From Chiloscyllium plagiosum (Eukaryota), in assembly GCF_004010195.1 (NCBI RefSeq), contig NC_057720.1:7074196-7138195 (forward strand): DNA of 64,000 nt. The letters are read 5' to 3'. Both the position numbers and the translations under genes were made by a program. Positions within the stretch are counted from its first letter, which is position 1, and every line of letters begins with the position of its first letter. Shown here one piece after another: positions 12,601-25,800 of this stretch. The notes beneath the pieces were generated by a model. That model saw nothing but the letters and a program-made list of their open reading frames with translations, was not told where the DNA came from and ran no database searches.

Positions 12601-13852
12601 TATATTGTGTGTCTGTCTGTGCTTGTGTGTCAGTCTGTGTGTGCATGCCTGTGTGAATGGATGTATGTATCAGTCTGTGTGCAGATCTTTGTGTGTCTGT
12701 GTATCTGTTTGTGTATGTGTGTACATCTGTTTGCATCTGTGTTTGTATGGCAAGAGAGTTTGTGTGTGTATCTGTTTGTATGTGTGTACCTGTGCTTGTG
12801 TGAGCATGAAAGTTTGTGTGTGTATATCTGCGTGTGTGCGTGCACGTGTGTGTCTGTGTGTGTCAGATGAATATTTGTGTAAGAGCACTAAAATCACATA
12901 ATAATTGATAACTTATGATATTGTACAATATAGACATTTCACTAGACTACCCCCTGGATATCTGCTGATAAACACAGTCTGTTCCCTCTGCTCTGTTTTT
13001 TACATACAAACTCTTATCCCAAACTCCCACCCCCCAGTAAGTGCCTCACAGCCAGACAACAGGCAGAGAGGGTAACAATATTGGAAGGAGAGGTCCCACT
13101 AGCCTTCCCCTTGTTATGTGCTGCCTTCATTCCAACTCCGAGAATTTGACTCCCTCCCAAGTGTCCGGGAACCGTGGGATTAAATCATTTGAAAGTGGAT
13201 CCTGATGTCATCTAAGGGAGAATGAGCTTGCTGTGGATAAGTTCAGTCGACGAGACTGGATTGCCATGTAGCTTAGTTTTTCTGAATTTAATCTTGCTCA
13301 TTCCTGCAATTACCAATATTGGGGCCAAGTTAATGGGCGATGTCACGTAGAACTATCTGCTGACAATAACAATTTGCTTTTATACTTACACAGTCAAGGA
13401 GCAGTGCAGGAGTGTCACCAGACATAAGCTGACACAGAGACAGGTAAAATGAGATGCTAGGTCTAGGGTTTGGCTGAAGAGGTAGGTTTAAGTGAAGCAG
13501 GAGGGAAAGTGTGTAAGATATATAGAGAGACACAAAGACAGAGAGAGAGACAGAGACAGAGAGAGAGAAAGACACAGAGAAAGGAAGAGAGGGAGAGAGA
13601 CACACACACAGAGGGAGAGTAAGAGGCAGACAGAGAGAGAGAAAAGGAGAGAGGCAGAGACAGAGGGAGAAGGAGATAGAGATAGAGTGAGACACAATCA
13701 GACAAAGAGAGAGAGGAAAGGTTAGTGGAGGAAGCCCACAGCTGACGGATTTGCTGTCTAAAGGTACATCTGACAATGGTAGTGCAAAGAGAATTGGGAA
13801 TGCCAGAAATATAGCAGTGTAGTGGTCACGAGAAACTGTCGAGCTGAATGGT

Positions 13853-13883
<31 letters not shown>

Positions 13884-16800
13884 GGTGAGAAGAGAGAGAT
13901 GAGAGAAGTCATGGAGTGTTTGGAATTTCAGGATGACAATGTTAGATCTGAGTCAATGTCAGGTGAGTGATGGATAAACAAGAGCTGGTGAGCATCAGGA
14001 CAGAAGCATAAGGACTTTGTCCAATTGGTGTTGAGAGCAGGCATTCTGCACTAAAAACAGCCACGCTGTTCAAATAGGTCACTGTCAACATCAGAAAGTC
14101 AGAAGACGTCAACAAAAGCCATCCACTGTAAACACTCGCATCATTAACGGGACTTACACACTTTGGGTTTTGATTGGATAAGAAAACCTCACCGTAAGGC
14201 TGTGTTTGGACCACATTCCAGTTTGATAGACAGTGGTCCCAGTAACACTAACCTTACCAGCTGCTAATTTACAATGCGAGGACAGCAGAGTCAGATTGCC
14301 GCTCTTGATCACAGCTTGCAGGTCAGCCGTGCTTCAGTGGGCAGATCTTGCCCCTTGAAATAGAGAGTTCAAGGTTCATTTTGTCTAGGTTAACACTCCC
14401 GCTCCAGTACTGAGGGAGTGCTGTACTGTCAGATACGTCTTTCAGATCAGACATTAAACGCCAATCCTGTCTGCTCCTTCACATTAGATGGAAAGGATAT
14501 AACAGAACTTTTCCAACAGAGTTCCTCCCGGGGTTCTGGCCAATGGTTCAGCCCTTAATCCACACATCCAAAACAACATAGCCATCTGACACGATAGCTT
14601 GTGGGAACCTGCTCATCAGCTAAAGAGATGTCTTGTTTCTTACTTAATGACAGCAACCATACTCCATAACAGTCAGTCACTCATTGTAATCCACTCTGAC
14701 TGAGCTTTCTTTTATTTATTCATTCATGAGATGAGGGTGTCATTGGCTAGGCCAGCATTTATTGCCCATCCCTAATTGCCCAGAGAGCAGATAAGTGTAA
14801 ACCACATTGCTGTGGGTCTGGAGTCACATGTAGACGAGACCAGGTAAGGTTGGCAACTTCCTTTCCTGAATGACATTAGTGATCCAGTTGGATGCTTCTC
14901 AACAATTGACAATGGATTCCTGGTCATCATTATGATTCTTAATTCCAGATTTTTATTGAATTCAAATTTCCACCATCTGCCATGACGGAATTCAAACCCA
15001 GGTATCTGGGTCTCTGGATTAATGGTCAAACAATAATACCACGAAGCCACCTGCTTGGTGCAAGGGGTAGTGTCCCCAACTCTGAGCCAGATGCTCTGAG
15101 TTTGAGACCATCTCCTGGACTTAATGAGTGTGGGACATAAGGGGAGGTAATGGCTTCGTGATTTTGTCACTAGACTGTTAATCCAGAGATCCAGGTATGT
15201 TCTGGGGACTTGGGTTCAAATCCTGCCATGGCAGATGGTGGATTTCGAGTTCAATACAAGTCTGGAATTAAGAGTCGAAGAATGACTATGAATCAATAAT
15301 GACCATTACTAGTTATTGAGGAAAAACCCATCTGGGGCACTAATGTTGTTTAGAGAATATAACTGCCCTCATTACCTGACATATGACTCCAGACCCACAG
15401 TAATGGGGTTAACTCTTAACTGCCCTCTGGGATGAGCAATAAATGCTGGCCTAGCCAATGACCTCATCCCATGAATGAATTTTTAAAAAATGTTCATAAT
15501 GTGCCCAAACACATTGAGTATCCAAGGTAAAGGGATCGATGGAGGTGTCCATAAGATAAATACAGCTGGAGATACACCATAATTGAACACACACCAATGG
15601 CAAATAGTTTCAGGTTGGCACGGCAGACCAAAGGTAGAGTCGTCGAGTCATAGAGATGTACAGCACGGAAACAGACCCTTCGGTCCTACCCGTCCATGTC
15701 GACCAGATATCCCAACCCAATTTAGTCCCACCTGCCAGCACCCGGCCCATATCCCTCCAAACCATATATCCATCCAAATGTTTCTTAAATGTTGCAATTG
15801 TACTAGCCTCCACCACTTCCTCTGGCAGCTCATTCCATACACGTACCACTCTCTGTTTGAAAAAGTTGCCCTGTAGGTCTCTTTTATATCTTTCCCCTCT
15901 CACCCTCAACGTATTCCCTCTAGTTCTGGACTCCCTGACCCCAGGGAAGATACTTTGCCTATTTGCCCTATCTATGCCCTCGAGACCTTAGTGAATAAGT
16001 CCTGCTAAGATTTATGAAGAGAGAATGGATTGGTTAGCACTATATTCAACAGTGAAACCTATGAAATTCCAACACACCCAGATAGAGTAAATACAAGGAA
16101 GACATTCCCGATGAACCAGAGTTTAAAGATTATTAGGTCTTTAGGGCTAATCAGGTCTAACACGAGGAAAGATGTCTTCACCCAGAGTGGTGAGTTTGTG
16201 GAATTCTCTGCCACAGAAAGGAATTGAGGTCAAAACATTTTCAAAACTAAGTTAGATGTAGTCTTAGTGCCAAAAGGATCAAAGGGTATGAGAAGAAAGC
16301 AGGAACTGAATACAGAATTGGAAGGTCAGCCACGATCATTCTGATTGGTGCAGCAGTCTGAATGGGGTACTCCTGGTGCTGTTTTCTAGGCTCACATGTA
16401 AGAGTGGGAGAGATTCCTGGGTAACCATGTGATGGAAATAAATTGGAGCCTCAACCTTCATTATCCAAGGCACCCTTTAGATGGTACACTGTGCCATAAG
16501 ATTCTATGTTTCTATATCCTTGTAGCTTGAGGCTCCAACTGTGTGTAGCTCTTGAATCCACATTATAGGAAGGACATGACTGCAGTGGAGAAGGTGCAGC
16601 GCAGATCTATCAGGAACATTGCCTCAGCTATAGTTATGAAGAAAGGTTAGACAGACAGGAGCTGTTTTCCTTGAAGCTGAAGAGCTGCTTAAATGTGAAG
16701 CAGACTCGATGGGCCAAATGGCCTCATTCTGTTCCTATGTCTTATGGATATGTTTGAGATGTACAAAATAATGAGGGCCACAAACAGGGTAGACAGTAAG

Positions 16801-19800
16801 GAACATTTCCCCTTGACAGAGGGATCATTGACCAGGGGTATAGATGTAAGGGAAGAGCAGGAGGTTTGTAGGAGATGTGAGGAAAGTATTTTTCACCCAA
16901 AGGGTAATGAGAATCTGAAACTCACTGCCTCGAGGATGGTTGAGACAGGAACCTTTGTAACATTTATTTGGTATTTAGATGTGCTATTATGATGTCAAAG
17001 CTATGGGGCTAAAAATTGGGTTTTGAATAGGTGGTGGTTTTTGACCAGCACAAACCCGATGGGCCAAAGGGTCTGCTTCTGTGTTATACACATCTGAGAC
17101 TCTATGAACATGCACGTATGTTGTGCAGGAACTCAGAACCCCTGAGTAAACTGCAACAAACTGCAAAGTTTCTTGTGACATCTGAGGGCAAGGAAACTGA
17201 CTGTAGTCTAGATTCAAACAAGCTGTATGGTGAAAAGATTAATTCTGTTGCAAATTCTGTAATATTCAATTTGAAATGCCTTGGATTGTGTTCTTCCAGA
17301 TTCAGTCAATAATCTATATTCTGTAAGTTAGCTCGCTGAGCTTGAAGGTTTGTTTTCAGGCATTGTGTTACCATACTAGGTAATACCATCTTCTCAAAAA
17401 TCGCTAATAATGTATATTCTTTGAGAAAAAGGCTTCTCCCAACCCAGAAAAGTTTTCATCTCACCTCGTTTGGCCACAGAACAGCGAGGGGCTGGATTTC
17501 TGTGACACCGAACACACCTCATAAATGTCAATTGCATTGTGTTCCCAATTGCAACATGCTTCATTGAAAACGGTTGAATTTACTGCATTTTATGTAATTT
17601 TCTATTATAACTGTGTGCAGTTTTGGCCCCCTTATTTTAACAAAATATATCATTTCAATGAAGGCAGGTCGGAGAAGGTTCACGAGGATGATCCCTGTTA
17701 TGGAGGGATTGTCTTCTGAGTAAAGGCTGAACAGGGACTTCACTCACTGGAATTAGGAAAATGAGCAGTGATCTCATTGAAACCTATCAGATTCTTAAGG
17801 GGCTTGACAGGGTCAATGCTGCGAGGATGTTTCCCCACCTGACCAGAGGATGTAGTCTCTGAATTAAGATGTACCAATTTAAGACTGAGACAAGGAGGAA
17901 TTTCTTCCCTTAGAGGGTTGTGAGTCTTTGGAACTCCTTGCCACTGAGAGCTGTGGGGGAAGAGTCCTTGTGTATATTTAAGGCTGAGCTAGATAGAATC
18001 CTGATCTATCTGAGGAAGGGGCACCGGACCTGAAACATTAACACTGATTTCTCTCCACAGAGGTTGCTAGACTTGCTGGGATTTTCCAGCAATTTCTGTT
18101 TTTGTTTCTGATTTCCAGCAAGCACAGTTCTTTCAGTTTTTACAGATAGATTCTTGATCAGTTAGGGAATCAAGAGTTACAGGGGAAAAGGGAGGAAAAT
18201 GGGTGTGGTGAATGTTGGTTCAGCCATGGTCTTATTGGGTGGCAGAGCAGACTCGAGGGGTCGAATGGCCTACTCCTACTCCAATCTCTTACGGCCTGAT
18301 ATTGGTTTGCAATTTTACAACTCGAAAGGATAAGTGTTTTTGAAGAGAAAGCCAATCTTTCAATACAAGATCTTTCACCCTCATCTGAGGAGGGAAACAG
18401 ACTTCCTAGAGTTACACTGGAGCCTGCGATAGGGAACATTATAAGGACAGAACTAGCCTCAGTTGTAATGCTATGGAACCCCAGGTCTGACTATGCCCCA
18501 CCACACATGGAAGTAAAGATCTCTTCATCTGAGATTACTGAGGTTGCTGGGACTTAGGACACTATCACATATAAACTCATTTGGGAAGAAAAATTAAAGC
18601 TGAAACTTCTTCTCATCTATTTACCCCCAAATAAATGTGCACTTTGGGAATTACTCTTGTTCAAAACAGTTTCTTGAACCATTTGTTTTATTTACTGGCT
18701 GACCCTATACTTTACATAATGGCCCACAATAGAAGTGCAAGTCAGGACATCTGTTTGAAAGTACATGGAAGTATCACTCATCAGGTTACTGGTGAGCTCA
18801 AGTTGATTGTCTCTTGGTTCCTTTGGGCTTGAATGTTCCCCTTCCTTCAACGCTAACAAAGGATATTGTTCAAGTTAGCCAAGTCCTGAAACACCGATTT
18901 CCTGGCTTTGAGACTTGGGGATGACAACAAAACAGCAACTTGGAAAAAAACAGGCAACTGCCAACTTTTCTTACCAAAATGATTAAGCAAACGGGCCCAA
19001 GAAAGCTCCAAATGAAATGATTATCAATTCTCAGCCAGCAGCTGTAATGAGAGAGAGGAGACAAGCAATTAATATTAAATTCATGTTTAAACAAATTTAC
19101 AGTGAAATCACTGTACAAATCCGTCCCTTCATTCCCAGTGAGAAAGTGGTGGTGATCTACATTTTTAAACCATTGCAGTCTTTGTGCTAAAGCTGCTACC
19201 ACAGAGCTCTACTGTGGGGTGGTCCAGGATTCTGACAATCCTGGTGACTGGTGACAAGCAAGAAACATCAATAAGCCAACGGGATCAATCTGCCCCTAAG
19301 AGGGCATCACAGGACTTTGTACCTACTTTCTGTGGGAGGAGCAACTGTTGGCAAAACATCCTGGCCCATGATCCTTTCCATCCCTCAGCCCTTGACATAC
19401 CCATTCCAGATTCAATGCTGCTCTTTGTGGCTAAAGCCAGCCAACTCAGAAAAGACCAACATTACTTCATAACCTTCACTCCAGCAACTCACAAGCACCT
19501 CTGAAAGCACCTCTATCACCCACCAGCAGATTATTTAAACAGTGATCGATTGGGAAAGGCTAATGTACCTAGGGACTTGGGTGTCCCTGTCACTGAAACA
19601 AGAGTACAGGTGCAGCAAACAATATGTTGGCTTTCATTGTGAGAAGGTTTGAGTACAGGAGCAAGGAAGTCTCACTGCAGCTGTGTAGGGCCGTGGTGAG
19701 GCCACATCTGGAGTATTGTGTTCAAATTTCATTTCTTACCCACAGAACAATACACTTAGAGGGATGAAGCCACAGTTCACCAGGCTAATTCCTGGGGTGG

Positions 19801-22800
19801 AAGAGTTTGGATCGAGTGAGCCTGTATTTACTGGAATTTAAAAGAATGAGAGAAAATCCATTGAAACATAACACTCGGCCAGGCTGGACAAATGAGATGC
19901 CAAAATGATGTTTCCCCTGGCTGGTGAGTCCAGAACAAGGAGTCACATGCTCAGAGAGGCCATTTTGTACTGACATGAGGAGAGATTTCTTCCCTCAGAG
20001 GGTGATCAGCTATGGAACCATCTACAACAGAGGGTTGTGGGGGATAAATCAGTGATTATATTTAAGAAGTAAATGGATTGCTATAGGCTAGAAGCGCCAA
20101 AGGGTATGGGGAAAACATTGGGAGTATGTCAAGATCGTGGATCAGCCATGAATGCTGGAGCCTACACTTCATGATTACTCCTCCCTAACAGCACTGTGGG
20201 TATATCTTCATCCTACGGACCGCAGCAATTTGAAAAGGTAGCGCCCCACCACCTTTTCAGGGCATATTAGTTAAGGGCCATCAATGCTGGCCCTGCCAGT
20301 GATGTTAACATCCCATGAATGATGAATAGACCCACGGCTCTGCAGCCTATATGGCTCAGAGGAAGATTAAGGAAGAGCTAAAGATGCATTCCTTCACAAT
20401 GAACTTCAATAAATGGGAACGATGAAGATTTCAGTCCAATGGGATACATGTCTGAAGAAAACATTTGAACCGTTACAATATAATGGAACCACCATTCAGT
20501 GTATTAAGACTGAATTCATGACAAAACAGTTAGCGGGGAATCAATAAGTTGTCTGTGATCTACTTACGCTTTCTTTGTCCCGTAGCTCTTATAGTCCACA
20601 GCTGCTGAGACACCTACGATGATTGCTGGAAGGAGGTAGCCACACAGGTAAAAATACTTCTTCCTGGAGTACTCACTCTCAAAGACCTCAACCAGCATGA
20701 GATAGAGCTGAACACCTTCCAGGCACATCCAGGCAAAGGCAGCCAGGAAGAAAAAGTGCAGCACCCCTGCAAATATGGAGCAGGCAATCTGAAACAAGAG
20801 ACATACCTTCAGAAACCACGGGGGGAGGTAACAAATCAAAAGATACTCGATTTACTGTGAGTCCTATCCAACCTACTCCTCAGTCAATGGTGCATATCTT
20901 TCTCAAAAACAGCAACACTCCAGAAATACATTATGGAGTATTTTAATGCTTACTCATTGCCCATTTCCAGAGAGGAATGCCAAAGGGCGTTTAACTGACC
21001 AGAGGTTCAGTGTCCTGGACTGCTTCTGCAGTGAAAGAATAATAAAGTATTGTACTCAGTTCACTTCATCCATTTTTCACCACCTCCACTTAAAAGTAGA
21101 TAGTATGACATCGATATTCAAAAGGCCACAGTGACATTTATCTCAACGACTAATCACCACTTGCCCAATTACAATTTTTACACTTTTTAAATAATTCATC
21201 ACCTTTCGATGTAATTGCATTAAAGAAACATAATGCAGATAGCATATGCATTTAATCTATGCAATCCCCAGAATCATTATAAGAGATATATGAATATTTG
21301 ATGAGAAGAGGTGGGAGATTAGAAAAGTAAATGAACAGCAATTATTGAGAGTCTGATGAGTGAGTAAGCATTAAAATACTCCATAATGTCGGATGTTTTC
21401 TTTCAAACAGTTTTCTATTCAGGCTGTTCAATTGAAATTGACTCCAATGTGATGCTCCTGGCTTTGGTGTGGTCTCACACTGTGTGCTGTTTGGGTTATG
21501 ACACGTCTGTGAGAGGAATAGAAGAAATGTCAGAAAGGAAGAAAGAGAGAGACAATGGAAAAGACAGAAGGAAGGAAAAACAAACAAACAAGCAGAGGGA
21601 CATGCTTGTACGTTTCAAGGCTTCAGGAGGTTTTGAAGAGCACTACAGTTAATTAAGGAGTTTTGACATGCAGTAAAATGTGCACAGAAAGCTCTTGACA
21701 AACAACAACAAGATAATGCCTCAAATGATGTGGATTATTTTGGATGAGATAAATCAGTCAAGAAAGAACTGCTTCTGAGCTACCATATCTTTTATGGCCA
21801 CTTGAGAGGGCAAGATGGGGTGAGGCTAGTGGTATTACTGATAGACTATTAATCCAGAGACCCCAGTATTGACATGGGCACCTAGGTTCAAATGACAGAT
21901 GGTGGAATCTGAATTCAACAAGGATCTGGAATTAAGAACAAAGAACAAAGAAAATTTACAGCCCAGGAACAGGCCCTTCGGCCCTCCAAGCCTGAGCCAA
22001 TCCAAATGTACTGTCTAAACCTGTTGTCAATTCCTAAGCATCTGTATCCCTCGACTGCCCACCTACTCATGCATTTATCCAGACGCATCTTAAATGAATC
22101 TACCGTGCCTGCCTCTACCACCTCTGCTGGCAACACGTTCCAAACGCCCACGACCAGAGTCGAACAATGACCAGGAAACTGGTGCCAATTGTTGGAAAAA
22201 CCCATCTGGTCCATTAATACCCTGTAGTGAAGGAAATCACCGGACTCCAAACCCACAGCAATGTGGTTGATTCTCAATTGTCCTCTTGTCAATTAGGGAT
22301 GGGCAATCAATGGTCGACTAGCCAGCAATACCCACATCCTATGAATAAATAATGGAAAAAAAACAAGCAAATTTGGGAATCATGGCTATGTGATGGATTT
22401 AAGGGGGGGGGGGGACAGGCAGAGGAGTAAGGAGTTTTGTGAGCCTGAGGCCTCAGAAAGAGGAAGGAATTCACTGATTTTAAAAACAGAAGTGCTTTCT
22501 GATGTCCTGAGAATATAGAGAACAAATTTCAGTCTGGGGAAATGGGATTTTAACACAGCAGTGCAGAGAGAAACAGCATAGACTGACAGCATCGACAGAC
22601 CCTTGAGGTGAATATTAATTGGCACACCAACCATGGGTCTATCAGACAGAGAGGGTAAAGAGGAGAAAGAGAGAGGCAAAAGGAGAAAGAGAATGAAACA
22701 TGCAAAGCACAAGAGAGATTGCCACACAGATGGATTGTTCATTAGCCTCCAGACACAACACGCTCTTGTTTAAGAATCTGTAGCTATGCATGTGCTACAT

Positions 22801-25800
22801 CCCAATATTGACTGAGGTGATAATGCAGCGTTGGGATTAAATTTAGATGTGACACTTTTTATGTTTAACTGGTGTGTTACGTGGTTCATTTCCACTTCCT
22901 GAAGTGATATGGAGAAACAAGGATTCAAATTCTGAAAAAAAGAAAATTCAAGCATCTTATTTTGAATGACCCAGGACCTTGAATAGCCAAGACTTTGATT
23001 AGATTCCCTACAGTGTGGAAACAGGCCCTTTGGCCCAACCAGTCCATACCGCCCCTCTGAAGAGTAACCCACCCACACCCATTTCCCTCTGACTAATGCA
23101 CCTAACACAAAGGGCAATTTAGCGTGGCCAATTCACCTGACCTACACACCTTTGGACTGTGGGAGCACCCGGAGGAAACCCATGCAGACACGGGGTGAAT
23201 GTGCAAACTCCACACAGTCAGTCACCCAAGGCTCACTCCCTCCATGACCAATGGGTCAGCTAATCAGAATTGACTTGCCGACAGATCGACCCACCCCTCC
23301 CATGCAGTGTAAATTGTCGTGACTGTTTGAAATTCGGCACTCTTGCATTTGTCCTCATGTCAGTGAGACAAACAGCTACAGTAACATGTCTATGATTTCA
23401 GTAATATCTATGTGTTTCACCCGAATCACTGCTGTGGGGAAAACCAAGCTGTACATCTGGTCTAAGCAGTTGTTAAATAACCAGTAGTGTACTGTTTTGT
23501 CTTTATTCTTCCATGGAAGATGGATGCCACGGGTAAGGACATTGAAAAGCACTAACCAGGGACACAGTCTCACTACAGTCCAGTGACATTAACACTATTC
23601 TGTCACTTCCTCCTAATTCAAAATTCCCAAGCACTGAAAGGATGAATAGGAAGGGTTAAGAGGGATAGGTTAGGATATTTCGTCAGCATTTACGAGTTGG
23701 ACCGAAGGGTCTGCTTCCGTGCTGTACGTTTCTATGACTCTACGACACCACCACCCCCCCTACACTTTTATTTGACCCTGTGGTACAAATTAGCACTTGG
23801 GACAAACACAAAGGGTCCCAATCATGAGGCAAGAGCCAGCCGGGTACAGTATGAAGCTTAATCTGTGCCATTTCTTAGTGAGTAGAATTGCGAGGTTCCT
23901 GCAGTTCAACAGTCTGGTACATTGGGGGACACAGGTGGAGACTGGCAACCTGGACCTGGGAACAGAGAGTCACAGGTAACCTGCAAAAATAATCCCAGCC
24001 AAGACCCTAGGTGAAGATAATATGTTTGAAAGATACAAAGGTAAAGATTTGAGCAAACCACATTAGAAATTCTAGGATAAATGAGTGCTGATTCGCTGTA
24101 TAACTTGAAGAGCGAATCATACCAAATAAGAAATCTTGGCAAGTTTTATCACCTGGAGTAGTTTCAATGCCTTGAGGGAATTTCCAGAATGTATTCCCCC
24201 TTAATTAGTTTCCAATGCGATCAGCTGCTCTTTTGCTTGGCTGTTCCGTCCCATAATAACAGTTGTATGAATGATATTGTCAATGAAGGTATTCAGAGCA
24301 TCACAGTTACGGACTCAATGAGCCAGCCTGTGTTGCATCGATCAGAAGTGGATTTCCATGATGCCTAACTGACCTAGAGGTGTCAGCTTTAGGGATGCAA
24401 CCTCTCCGAGGGAAACAAGGCATATCAACTGGATTTTTACCATCTTGAAGGTCTGGGTGTTTGAACGTGTTATTGGATATACGTGGAGGAGGTGGGCACT
24501 CAAACGTCAATTTTCCTGCTCCTGGGATGCTGCCTGACCTGCTGTGCTTTTCCAACACCACTCTAATCTAGACTCTGGTTTCCAGCATTTGCAGTACTCA
24601 CTTTTCCTACTCAAATTAGAGGGTCAATAAATCCAGCAAGGAATTCAGCAGAAATAGCTTTGTTCAAAACCCTGCTTTTCTTTGGTACACTGAGCTGAAC
24701 AGCTTGGATGCAGCTATGAGGAAGATGTTAATGCAGAGGCAATGACACTGCACCCGTAAAACCAAAATGCCCAACTAATCATCAACAAATAAGAGTTGAA
24801 ATCCCTATCAAATTGCGAGGTTCCTCCAGTTCAGCAGTCCGGTACATTGGGGGACACAGGTGGAGACTGGCAACCTGGACCTGGGAACAGAGCCACAGAT
24901 AAACTGCAAAACTAATCCCATTTTGTGGACCTACAGCTTCTGGAAATTAATTGCAATAAATAAAATTCTTGGGGTCTACTTCAATACGACAAAATCGACG
25001 ATGTCTACTTTGGGGATCATTGCTCAGGGCTGTACATGGACAAATCAGAGTCAATTTGAAACAGCTGACAATGTTTGTCGGTTAACTGTCTGACAGAATC
25101 TAATCGATGCTTTCATGAAGGCAAAACCTCGACTCATGACCACTCTTTCTTGTGAATGTCCTAACGAGTGCAAGAATCTTTGACAAAAGGTGTCTTTTCT
25201 GCAACACTCAAGCTCTGTGCTACTGAGTAGAAAAAATAAGAAGATGAGGGGGAAAGAAATGGAAAGGTAAGTGCAGTAAAATGCAGGAAGGAGGTTCATG
25301 AAGAACATAACCCCAAGAACAGATCTGATGGGTTGAATGGCCTGGGACTGTGCTGTAAATGTTACATTTGATGAATAACCTTTCAATGGCAGTCTTAAGC
25401 TTGACATTGAATACACTGGCCTATCATCTCCATTAAATGGTTTACACAAAGACAAGGTATGCAAATCCCTAAAGTGCCTTGATTTATGAACTCCCCGTCA
25501 TCCTCCTGAGTGCTTAATACCACCGTTAAAAACGGTTGCTGCTCAACACAAGCATTTAAACACCGGCGTGTCAAGTTTGATATACTGGAGGCTGATAGTG
25601 CAATTGTGTTTAAACTCACATCCATCTCGGAACAAAGTCAATTCTGCGCAAGAACAGCACTTCCAGGAAATCAATAGCGCAGGCCAGGACCTTACCTCAT
25701 AGTCAACCTTATCGATGCCCACCAGGAAGATAAATTCTGCGATAAATAGATTCATGCAGAGGTTTTTGTGGATGGTGTTGCGGTCGCTCTGGAGACCCCG

